From the NCBI GenBank assembly GCA_021613535.1, contig CP075492.1, positions 18,972,001 through 19,036,000 of the forward strand: a DNA stretch of 64,000 nt, given 5' to 3'. The notes under the pieces are model-generated. The model was given only the letters and a program-made list of their open reading frames with translations. It made no database searches and had not been told where the DNA came from. Positions within the stretch are counted from its first letter, which is position 1. Each line of letters opens with the position of its first letter. Shown piece after piece: positions 51,802-64,000 of this stretch. The stretch is from Adineta vaga (taxonomy: Eukaryota > Animalia > Rotifera). Both the position numbers and the translations under genes were made by a program.

Positions 51802-53370
51802 TCAATATAGTTCAACACTACATAATATATCATCAATTGATGTTCCACCAATGACTAATACAGTATCATTTGGTAAAATAATTGCATCATGATCTACTCT
51901 TTCACAATTCATATCGGCAATCATAGACCATGTTTCAGTTAATGGATCATATATCTCAACACTTTTTAAAAATCCTGCAAAGTTTGTTTTTCCACCAGTT
52001 ACTAAAACTTTTCCATTACTCAACAAGGATGCAGTATGATATGATCTATCATTCGTTAAACTACCTACAATTGTCCAGTTGCCAGTATTAGGATCATATA
52101 ATTCAGCAAATTCACCATTTCGCGATTCTCTGCCTGCAACTAACACTTTTCCATTTAATAGAACTGTTGCTGTATGAAAAGCACTTGCATAATGCATACT
52201 ACCAGTTTTTGTCCATAATTCTGTTGTTGGATCATAGATTTCAGCTGTTCTTCCCTCCTCACCATAGTCCTGACCACCAGTCTTTAGTAGTCTACCATCG
52301 GACAATACAGATACTTGATGACCTCTTTGAACATATGTTACATTGGCACCAAATGTCCATTGTCCAGTAGATGGATCATATATTTCAGTTCTATAATAAA
52401 TAGATTTACAAAAGATCAATCTGTTGAAACTTTATCAGCGCTATGAATTTTCTTATGTGTCATCATGAAAACCAAGTCAAGACAGCTGAATTAATGAGAT
52501 TCTAGGATATAGGATTTGAGAGTTCATAGCTTCGACATTTTTTCGTTGCGACATTCAGTTCAGTTACTTGATTAATTTGTGTTTACTTACCTTATTGCCC
52601 AGGATCCTACAACAAGTACCTTTCCATCTGTCAATACAGTTGCAGTTGTTCTACACCTTCCGATATTCATATCACCTGTCATTGTCCATGTTTCATTCTC
52701 TGGATCATATATTTCCGAACTACTCAAACAGGTCGTCCAATTAAATGATCCACCGAAAACTAATACTCTTCCATCTTGTAATACAATTGCTGTGTGATAA
52801 CATCGTTTCTCGTTCATTGAATAAGTAAATGTCCAATTGTTCGTTAATAAATCATACAACTCTACACTATCATATGAATTCTCAGTCCTTGGTTGACAAC
52901 CACCAGCAACTAATACTTTTCCATTCTTCAAAAGAGATGATGTATGACTCTCTCGTGCAACAAGCATAGGACTTCGACGTTTCCATTCTAAAGAAAAAAT
53001 GAAATTTGTATTTTTCATTTGTCCATAATAAACTAATCTCTTTTTACTTACTTTTCATAAATGATTCACTCGTTATTGGCATAGTTGTTGGAGAACTGGT
53101 CATTGTTATTATTGTTGTTGTTTCAACTGTTGTCACAAATGTCATTAATGTTGTACTTTTTTCCTTTTTCGCTAGAACAATAGTCGTAGAAATAGCAACT
53201 ATTGCAATGATTACAAGAACACCAACACCAATCCATACTAGTCGTTGTTTTCCTAAGATGTCTCTTATTAAACAACAACTATTTATTATTTTATTTTCTA
53301 AAATATAAAAATATGAACACGAATATATAATTGATGAATTTCTACCTGACTCATTGTTAGTTGTATTCAT
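51802..53370 (-). CDS. Single-pass membrane protein with Kelch/galactose-oxidase-type repeats, 3 exons
   Basis: TM helix plus Thr-rich stalk, then repeated HTAxLLxNGKVLVAGG...ELYDP..GxWT. Confidence 0.85.
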
Positions 53371-54147
53371 GATGAAAATTGTTAGAAATGAATGAAATTA
53401 GCATTTGTTATATGTATACATATGTAATAATGTAAAAGGAAGTAGAATATCCATAATTTATATTTGCATTAATCCCTTCAGTAGTGTCAAACGTGAAACT
53501 TGAATTCAATTAAAATTAATTTTCAAGTTTCAAATGAATTATCTTAGTTTAAATCCATGTGTATCATCCTCATCTCACACCCACACCCTAGATCAAGTCT
53601 ATAGGAGAAAATCTACAAATCAATTTTCATTTATCGGATCTTGAATGATTGCCATAATTTTTATCTTAAAATAAATTTGCGATTCAAATCCAAAGCTTGC
53701 TTCCTCTCCCTATGTTAGTTAGAAGAATAAATGAATAGCAGGTGCGCAAAATGTTACACTAAAAAAGATAATTTCAATCAACATAAAAAGGTTTTTTTTT
53801 AAGGAAATAAAGTTTCCTGAGAGAGAAATATTTTGTTTTGAACTGAACGTACATGCCCTTAGATATAGATCTAAAGTTAAAAGACGTCATTAATCAGAAA
53901 TATATTCTAACGTTTAATCATTGTTTTCACTTTTTATTTCATCAATATATGATTATTATAATATTTTAATCAGAAGATATTTGTCATGTAGGTTCTTTCA
54001 TTCGAGTAACAGTCCGTATGATATGATGAATGTATCATTAATTTATAGTTATTGTTTTTAGAAGTGTTTTCTTCTTAGAATAAACTACTCAAATTGTCTC
54101 TCAAGGTATACAATAATGCTGGTGTGATCGATTTCAATTCGTAAAGA

Positions 54148-57100
54148 ATGATACGTCTTAAAGCTTTATATCATTGGCTATATGAACACATATATAATTA
54201 TAATCTTTTTATGCCGGAAGAAAATGATTATGATAATGATGAACAAAAAGACTCAATAATTGTTCTCAAAGAACAAAAATACACAACCTGGATCTACATT
54301 CTTCTTCTTACCGGTAAGAAAAATATTAATTATTTCTGCTTCGAATCTATATCTATGAGACAAAAGTGAGGGTGTATCTCCGATCTGCTGGATATGTGAC
54401 ACTACTCTTTCATTCGTCTCTTAACGACAAATAATAAATTTAATTCAATGATTTTCTTTTCTTTTTCTAGTATCTCTCTATATTTCTTTTTACACAGTCT
54501 TAATGAATCCCGAACCCAGAATGATTACTGTTCCCAATGTTACTCCTATTGTCTTTAATCAACTTGATCGTGAACATATGGAAGGTCTTTCATGTCCGTG
54601 TTCAGCACTCAATGTGCCTCTTAAAGATTTCGTTGTCCATAATATTACATTTCATCCTGTTTGTTCAAGCAAGTTTGTGGAGAAAGAATAGATCGAAGCA
54701 CTATATTTGAAAGATGGAAGTAGATACGGAACAGCAGATTTTCGAACAACAGCTAGTTTTCAGGTAAGCAAAGTAAGTGATTGTTTGGTTGGGTATTATA
54801 TATAAGTATATATAAATCATTCACATTTACCTTATTATAAGATTCATTGGTTAATGTACTAACATTTAACACATATTTACTAATTTTCTACATGAAATTA
54901 AGTGCATATTCGGAATCAGCGTAAAAAACTACATTGAGTATCTAAAGTGTTTTCGAGATTTTGATCCCATTGATGAATAAAGAAAATCCTTTTTATTTTC
55001 AATTATGATTTTAACGACTGCGACGCATTTTCATCGCAATAGAAAACATGGGGATAGTGGCAAAAATACCAGATAGCGCATCAAAAAGAAACTTCAAGGA
55101 ACGTATTTTTACGAAGAAAAGTTTTCTCTATAAGATGATGGCTTTAAATTCATACGACGCGTTTAAGTCGATCTAAAGAACTGCGTGATTGATTGTCATG
55201 AATAAAACATATTCAAGTATTTTGAGTGTGTTTTTTTTTATCAATTTAGTTTCGACTATTGGCTGATTTTTGTTCATTTTCTGAAGATGTAGTCCTTCAG
55301 TATCAAATCGATGTTGGTAATAATGAGTTGATAAATAATTATCTTCTTTCTGAAGTTCAAGTTGAAAAACGAGTGAATGTTACTATTGATTTCTACAAAA
55401 AGAATGCATCTAATCGAATTATTTCATTTCTGAACTATCTCAGAACTACTATTCGGGCAAATCATTTTGTTTCGGCTCTCAATACAAACTATTTGACTAC
55501 AATAATTCATTTTCAATTCACACACACACTTGTTAGTGTAGAAACATCATATACTGAATTCTCAATTGTTTCTTCGAAAAAAGAAACGATGAGTTGTACC
55601 AATACAAATCCAACGACGATGGTTGGTTTTTCTAAACTTTCAAATATTGAATCACATGGCGAACGTTTGGAATGGTCGAAACCTAGGCCAAATGCAATTT
55701 TAGTCAATGGATTCTTTACTGGTTGTACTCCTCTTGAAGCTATTCTCCGAAGTACACTCGATTGTTTATATAGTATTGAATGTCTTCAAATTCCTATCAA
55801 CAAATTTCCAGGAATCAAACAAGTATGAACGATAGTATTCATTCATTCATTCTTCTATATTTACGATTGTTTAGACACAAATGAATTGGACAGATTATGT
55901 TCTGTCTTCAACACCACAAAACATTTCTGTATATGAATATTTACTCGATCTTTTCATTGCAGATTGGTCATCAAGAATGAACTATTTAGAATATTTTCAT
56001 AAATGTTCTCCTATATTTTGCACGTATATTACAAGAGATCAAGTTAATTTCTCTTACGCATTCGCTCTGTTCATTAGTCTTTATGGTGGTCTTACTATGA
56101 TACTTCGTATGATTGCACCATTTTTAGTTAAAAATTTATTAGCAGCTAGATGTCATTCAAAAAATAGCAATAGAGTTTACGGTAACTTGTCATAACTTAT
56201 AGATATAATTTCACCGTATGTGTTACTTCTTCTATGAATTCTAGGTCCTCGTCCGATACGTAAATTTAGTCTATTTTTAAAGCAATTGAATTTATTTAAG
56301 AAGATTGATGAACGAACTGAAATCCAAATTAAACACCAGAAAATCATTACACGTGTTTATATGGTTTTATTAATTGGTATATTGAGTTTATCTTTAAATA
56401 TCGTTGTTGTAATTACATAGCTATACAATAACAATATAGCTGATTAGATTGCTACAACTCATTTCATGAGATCAAACATATGTTAAATTCTAATCTACAA
56501 TAAGTAGACAAAAAGAAATAAATATGCATAATAATTTGAGAATAATACACAGGGAATAGAAGATAAGAGAAAGTATGAGATTAATGTAGGTATAGGTTTA
56601 GATCAAAAAAGGGATATTCGCTAATCTACATAATTACTTTATTTTCAATAGGTTTATTTCTGATTCTTCTTCTTTTAATTTCGTTAAATACTGAAATCAT
56701 TACAAAAACAATCAAACGTCCAACATTGATTGTTTATAAAGATTTACACGATCAATATTCCAATACACTCATATATCCTTGTTCATACATGATGATTCCT
56801 TACAATAAATTCGTATCATTATCTCCGATTTTACATCAAGTGTGTTCAAGTGATTTAATTACAGATAAATGGATTTCATTATTGAATGATGTTAGAACTG
56901 AATATAATTCACCAGATTGGCGAAATAAAGCTCCTTTAAAATTCCAATTATTATCTGATCTTTGCAATTTAGCTAAGAAAACAATTGATGATGCTATTCA
57001 TCGTTTTCTATCACAATCATTTATTACTTTGAATGCATTATCTCAAATTGATTTTGATACACAATTAAATGCAACTCTCAAACAATTCATTCGATCGACA

Positions 57101-60100
57101 ACGGATTATTTTGATCTTCTTATTCAAACATCACAAATTCTTGTTCAAGTCGATCAACCTTATTTTGTAACAGTTGGAGCTAAGTTTGCCCGAAATAGAG
57201 AAAAAAACCTAAGAGGAAAATTCGTATATAATGGAATGGGTCAACGAAAATATCAAGTATTATAGAAATCTCTATTTTTCTTTTTACCACTTAAACACGA
57301 TATAATTTAATCTTGAGTAGATTATATATATATATATATATACATGTATATATGTCAAATTAGAAAGGTAAATTCAATTATTCTTGTCGGTTGAAGAAAG
57401 GGTGGTGGAGTTGTCTGAACGGGAGATGATCTTGAAGGTTATTAGAGTAGAATAGTTAAATTTAACTTTCGAATTTGACATTCCTAATACGATATAATAA
57501 TGTTACAGTAACAGTGAGATTTTTGGGAGATTGACTGAGGATAAAAATAGAAATATCTACTTTGTTTTTAGGTTGCATTTCAACTATTAGAACCAATCGA
57601 TATAGCTTCGTCAAGATTCAACTGTATTTGTGCTACTGATAGTCAGTGTCAAACTCCAATGACCATTCATAGGACTGATACCGGCTTACTATTGTCTTGA
57701 CAATATACTAAATATTATAGTGTACCAGGTTGGATTATAGGTTGTTCAGCTACAGATTCACTTATGCGTTCGACACTCGAATGTTATTACTCAAGTTCAG
57801 ATTGTTTATCAATTTTAATGAATTACAGTAAACAAACATATGATATTAATGTTCCTATTCAAAATTCAGTATGGTTTCAGTTAATCGTCTCGTCTATAAT
57901 TCAACATTAAGTCGTTTTCCTCCAAAAACTTTAATTTCAAACATAATTCAAAATATCATGATAGAACAATGGAATTCATCTGTTTCATATAATCGCTTTT
58001 ATGAATCATGTGCACCAAGTTATTATTCTTATTCTTTGAGAATGCCTGCAAAAAGTACTGTTGAAATAATAACAACATTATTATCTTCAATCGGTGGTCT
58101 TATTCTCTTATTACGCCTAGTTATACCTCAATTAGTTAAGTTTATCTTGTACTTCTTCACTAAGACTGATAAGAAACAACAACAACAACAACAGGATAAA
58201 TTTTTTATCAAACATTTATTTTCTTTTTCATAGAAAAGAGTCTAATAAGAACAAATTGTTCGTTTGTATGTTCATATTTAAAATGCAAGGAATTATTTTT
58301 CATAAAACTTGTAAATTCTTGTTGAATTTTAGTGCGTCACAAGGGATTCAGTCGAATAAAAGTGATCGTACAGAATTTGATCAAAATTATATACAGTAGT
58401 GTTATAAATCTAAATATTTTTTTATTACGAGATTTTGGTAGTAATACAGATCGAACGTTAGCTAAACGTTTGGGTCAATGGGCGACACGTCTATATATGA
58501 TTTTGTTCAGTATTGGCATTGTTACTCTAACCTTACGTGCCATTGTTCAACCTCAAACGATGAAAAAAACTTTCGATAAACCATCTCTTGTTTTGTACAA
58601 TCAACTTTATCAACATTATTAATCGCATCATCATCAGACCGGCCAGTAACGCATCATCATATATTCAGTGATGTAGTATTGAAGCAATATCATTAATTTC
58701 AAGTAACAGTATATTAATTCTTTTAGTAGATTAGAAAAGTATTATTTCTTCTTGTGATTATTTACGCAGGTTTGTTCATGTCCATTTGCATCGGAAGAAG
58801 GACGAGCTTATCTTACAGCTGATTATATTTCTGAACTTTCTGAATATGATGTGAATGATTATCGTCGTTTTTTTCCTGCTCATTTACAATTTCTTCAAGG
58901 ATTATGTCAACTTATGCAACTAATTTTGAATATATTGTTCCTTGGGAACAAATACAAGAAACATATGTACCTATTCAAGCTAAAATCTATAATAATACAT
59001 GTTCATGTGGATTACATTCTAGCTGTACAAGTGATGCGAAGTTTATTAAATCAGATTCTTTAGAAGAAATATTTATCAAAGGTTTAAAAATGGGTTGTAT
59101 ACCAAGTGAATCATTTCGTGCTTCAACTTTAGAATGTTTCTATGATCCATCATGTATTGATCTTATTCAAGAATATACAATTATCGGAAATTGGAGTAAT
59201 GTTACAGATTCTTTGTCAATAAATAATAGTCGATTTTCAATGAATACAACCATTGATGAACTTATTAATAATCTATTTATTGAAGAATGGAAAAAATTGG
59301 TTAATTATTCATCTTATTTTCAACAATGTTCTCCTTTTTCATGTTCATATACTTATATTCAACAATTCAATGTACTTCGTACATTAACTATTTTACTTGG
59401 TCTTCAAGGTGGTCTTACTATTTTACTTGAATGGATTTGTCCAAAAATAATTCAAATTATATTTAAATTAAATCAATATCGAAAGAAACGAATAAATACG
59501 ATTCAACCGATTTCTCACATTGAAACAAAATCTATACAAAATATCAACACAAACATTCACAATATTAGAACAAATATATCTTCAAGAATGAAATTTTCTT
59601 TGAAATTCGTCTTGATATGTATATTGTTACTATTTATATTAGCAGCTTTGATTCTGTTTTCTTTGAACATTATTCGTGAAGAGAAGAGATTAAACGTTCA
59701 TTCAACAGGTATGTTAATAAGAAGAAAATATTTTCAACAATTAAATTTTTTCTAATAGCTTCCTTGACAAGTAGTAGTACTACTAATATGGATTCAATAT
59801 TCAATACATTAACTAATACTATTACGGACATGACAACCAAATATAAACATTGTCGTAAGTAAATTAATATTGTCTCGAAATGTCTTCGATTATTTTGTTT
59901 TTGATTAGCTTGTCCGTTAAATTTCGAACGAATATCAAAGAACAGAAATCCTTTTGAATTTGAATTCTCCATACATGTTGTTGCTGATTTCAATGGTGAC
60001 AATTGGTTTGATATTGCTTCTATCAGTACTTATAGAAGTTGTTTGAAAGTATCACTTAGTAATGGTGATGGTACTTTTAAACCAGAGATTACGTCTTTGG

Positions 60101-60984
60101 AAGATTTTCATTTTAATGTGATCAAAATGGTTGTTGCTGATTTCGATAGAGACACAATACCCGATATTGTTGGTATTCGTACAAATCCTGGTTTTGTAGC
60201 AATTGCGTTCGGCATTGGTGATGGAACTTTCAAATGAAAAGAGAAACTTATTAGAGAATATCCTTACAATCCAACTGATATCGCTTTAGCTGACTTTGAT
60301 CGTGATGGATACTTCGATATGGCTGTTGCACAAGGTTACGATAGAAGTATTGCTGTGTTCCTTGCCGATGGTGACGAATTTTTCTCAAAAGGCGTGACAT
60401 TCTATGCCGGCGTTCATAGTTCTTCATCTAGTATTGTCATTGCCGATTTCAACGTTGACAATTATCAAGATATTATTGTCGTGAATCAGAATGATGGAAA
60501 CATTGGTATATTGTTGGGATATGGTAATGGATTTTTTGAAGCACCTAAGATTCTCATTATTATTGATCACGATATACCAATATATTTTGCTATCAATGAT
60601 TTCAATAAGGATATTCTATTAGATATAGTGTTCTGCTATGAGGGTGATAACTCAATTAATATGGTGTTCGGATATGGTAATGGAACTGTTGGCAATATCG
60701 AAACGTTTAATATAGGAGATAGTCACATTGTTAATCAGTTCGTTATTGGAGATTTTAATGACGATTCCCATTTAGACATCGGTTTTAGTAAAATTGATGA
60801 GAAAATGAATTTGTTAGTTCGATATGGAAACGGAAGTTTTGAAATACAAACAGCATTTACGACAAGATTTGATAATCAGTCGAGTTGGATCAATATCGGT
60901 GATTTTAATGGAGATGGTTATGAAGATATAATTGAAATAGACGGTACTTCATCAGAGGATGTTTATTTGAACACATGTCAATAA
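54148..60984 (+). pseudogene. Multi-pass Cys-rich repeat membrane protein with C-terminal FG-GAP/VCBS repeats; disrupted
   Basis: Three repeats of the module CPCS..HxVCSS..GC.P.E..STLxCxY..YFxxCxPxxCxY + GGL TM. DFNGD repeats at 59987-60984. Premature stops at 54689, 58620 and 60235, a frameshift near 57870, and a deletion near 58915. Confidence 0.78.
57353..57480. mobile_element. 128-bp intronic MITE-like element next to a (TA)n tract
   Basis: Imperfect 32-bp TIRs TGTCAAATTAGAAAGGTAAATTCAATTATTCT / AGAATAGTTAAATTTAACTTTCGAATTTGACA. Confidence 0.55.
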
Positions 60985-61843
60985 TGCACAATTAAATATC
61001 TTTCTATCCTATCAATGAGCTTTTTGTTTGTAAATATTCATTGTGCTTTTCGTATATTCTACAAATAATCGAAGAGAAATAATAACATAATCAAACTATA
61101 TCTAATTATATATTATACTTATCTTTTATTTTATCTTGTCAATATAGTTTTATATCTCGATAAGTATTGATGATGAAAATGAGTTTCGATTCGGTTAACG
61201 AATGGAAATGGACAGACTTTTTGAAATTAAATTAGCAAAATTAAACGCATTTGTTTCATTGGTCTATTTTAATAACAAGATAAATTTGTTTTTGAGATTT
61301 ATATATTTGATTTTAATTGAAACTGATTTAAAATCCAAAATTGAATATTTCTCTACTATAAGTTAATTCATTTTTCATCAATTATTGATTATTAATGTTT
61401 TATTTATCTTATGAGAATTTAAGAAAATGACTATTTACTTTTGTATCACATTTTCTAAATAAAATCTTATCTTTTAATTTCGAATTCGACTAAAATTAAT
61501 CGTTGATCGATTGATTTGTAGTTTGTCTTTTTTTAAAAACTTACTGCCAAAATTTAGCCACTCCCTCCGCACTTTTAAAAGTAATCGAGAACCGTGCTTA
61601 TTCACTCCTTCAAAGTTATAATAGTGTATGAAAAACTATACAACTGAATTTGTTATGATAAATGTTACTACATTATTTTATTCTTTCTTTTTAATTAGCG
61701 ATATTGTCAAACTTGATAGAGGGTGTGAGTTACTAGACAACACCTACTCTCTTTTGCAAATTTATATAAAAGAATAATATAAGAACATCGATTATTTTTT
61801 TTTATATAGTAATATTCTTTTATAGATTAATAAATGACTTAAA

Positions 61844-64000
61844 CTACTGATCTTCTGATTCAAGACAATTTTGATCAATATTCTAGATAGAATAGAAATG
61901 AAATAAATGATTGATATGAGAATATCTTATACAAATGCTTACCGATAAGTGATATCGATGTTGATTATTATGAATAATTTGTAATTGTTGTGTTACATGA
62001 TGAAGTCTGAAAGATTAGAATTTTAAATTTGAATAAATTTTTAAAAAATCTTCATACTTTTGTTCAATATGATGTAAAGTTATTTCCATTTGATTTTTTT
62101 CTCCGTTCTTTAATGTATATCTCCAATAGTCATCAGCTATTGCACTTTCACGTTGCATTGCATCAGTAACTATTTATTTTACGAAGAAATAAATTAGGTT
62201 TTTTTGTTTTTGTGTAATAAAAGTTTTACTTTTGAATTCTTCTTTATCGATACTATTAGAATTGATATCAATTCGATCAATTGGTAAAATATCACAAGTA
62301 ACTAACCAAACATCAAGAAATAAATCGTGATTATTTATGAATATTTTACCTGATACATTATTTCGACGTTGTTGACAAATAGTTTTTAGTTTTTCGAAGA
62401 TATATCGAATGAAAATAAAGAGATAATATAAAATATTAAATGGCGGTGGTAATAAAGGTTTATCTCGATATTCAAAAACAAGCAAAAATCGTTGATAACG
62501 CCATAGTATATGAGATTGACTTTCGACATTTTGAATTGTAAGACTAAAAACGAAGAATGAATAGATTTATACTTCTCACGTATGATTTTGTTTATACTTA
62601 AATAAAGCGACAAGTACATTAAGAAGAAGTACATTGGCAATGGCAACAAACAATATTGCCAAGAGAAAAGCCACATCCGAAAGTGAATCATCACCATCTA
62701 AACGAAAAAGAAAATAATAGACGAAATTGTATTGAAATTCTTTATACCAATTGGATCTACTTGTCCAAAGATTTTCCAAACACCATAATTTGTAACATCA
62801 CGTATTGTTTCCCATGTCCATAAATCATTTCCACCATTTGCTGTACTAACATTATATAATGATCCATCGCTATTATAATTCCAAGATACTTGATTCGTTG
62901 TATTAATTAATGACCATGATGCAACTGAAAATCCATACAAAAAAATCATAATAAAACAAATAAAAAATAGAAGATCTCTCATCTAGAAATTCAAAAGAAA
63001 ATGAAATGAAAGAAAATTTTGATTATTTACGGTATTAAAAATCATAAATAATTTTGGTCCAAATTTTTCATATGCCGCAAATAAATGTAATGTTCGAACA
63101 TACCAAATTATCAAATCAAGACATAAAAATATTCTTAGAAAATTATTTCACAAATAAATATAAATTCATTTTCTTTTCAAAATTTGTTTTACTTTGATAC
63201 AATAAAAAGTGATTCATTGACAAAAAATCTTGTAATAAAACCAATAAGATATAAGATGATTGCTAAAACATCCATCATATTCCATATTTCTGATAAATAT
63301 TCTCTTTTTGATTCAGCAGTAATAAACTGAAAAGAAAATATTATAAATATCGATAAATCTAAACTATAGAAATTTATTATTACTTGACGTGCTTCTTCTA
63401 TAACTAAACACCATAAACAAATATGAAGAATGATTTCTGGAATTGGTATATGTAAATCTTGAATTCCTGATCGTTGTTCATGATAATCATTCCATGGAAA
63501 ATAATCAACAAGAAGAACAAAACTGAACAATCCAAGAAATAGAACAAAGAATATCTAAAAATCAAATTTTGAGAATATATTAAAACTATATAATGAATTT
63601 TTTTCTTACCATATAATAATAAAATCGTACAATAGGTGCACGATAAAAATATGCAATTTTATCAATTTTTCGTAGATGATTTTTTCCTTGATTTAAATTA
63701 GGTCTTCAAAAAACAAACAAACAAGAATTCTATTAATTTTCATATATTAATCATTATTATCTTACCTAATAACATTATGAATCATCATTGGTTGACTAAC
63801 TTTTGATGCATCTCGAGCACTTCGAACCAACTAGTTTAACAAGTCTCGTTTTTTTTCTCGTCATTTTTGTTTTGTTCACTTACTCTTTTACGTTTTTGTA
63901 CATATGGTAGAAAAAAACAAAATATTGGTAATAGAGGAAGAAATAACGAACAGAGAAAGACCTGAAAATAAAAAAAAAACATGTTTAAAATCTATTATAT
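61844..64000 (-). CDS. TRPM-like cation channel, 3' portion
   Basis: YLSEIWNMMDVLAI, LGPKLFMIFNT-MRDLLFF, pore WKIFGQV, ANVLLLNVLVALF, TRP box region WRYQR and PLLPPPFNI. Confidence 0.9.

Overview
AT-rich eukaryotic DNA with very short (~50-60 nt) GT-AG introns. The gene families present (ART+TPR proteins, NHL and pentapeptide repeats, orphan 7TM receptors, Kelch, FG-GAP membrane proteins, TRPM) suggest a bdelloid rotifer genome; this is an inference. The window is an accessory-like region with many pseudogenes and horizontal-transfer candidates, including an intronless yeast-Set6-like SET gene. Two complete DNA transposons each interrupt a host gene. (1) A 13,201-bp element (20524-33724) has TIRs, subterminal repeat arrays and an 8-bp TSD (CCTCCGTG). 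It encodes a KDZ (Kyakuja-Dileera-Zisupton)-type CxC5/CxC6 transposase, a complete PrimPol-type primase-polymerase, and a multi-exon gene that may be a truncated DUF3987-like helicase. It also holds a ~30 x 63-bp tandem array. This is a candidate self-replicating, primase-carrying transposon and the main finding. (2) A young 4,043-bp Kolobok-like element (38438-42480) has a TTAA TSD and ~588-bp TIRs. In addition, about 16 short hairpin or half-hairpin elements built from telomere-like GAGGGTGTGGGTGTGGG arms mark most gene boundaries. All family assignments come from motif recognition by eye, not from database searches.
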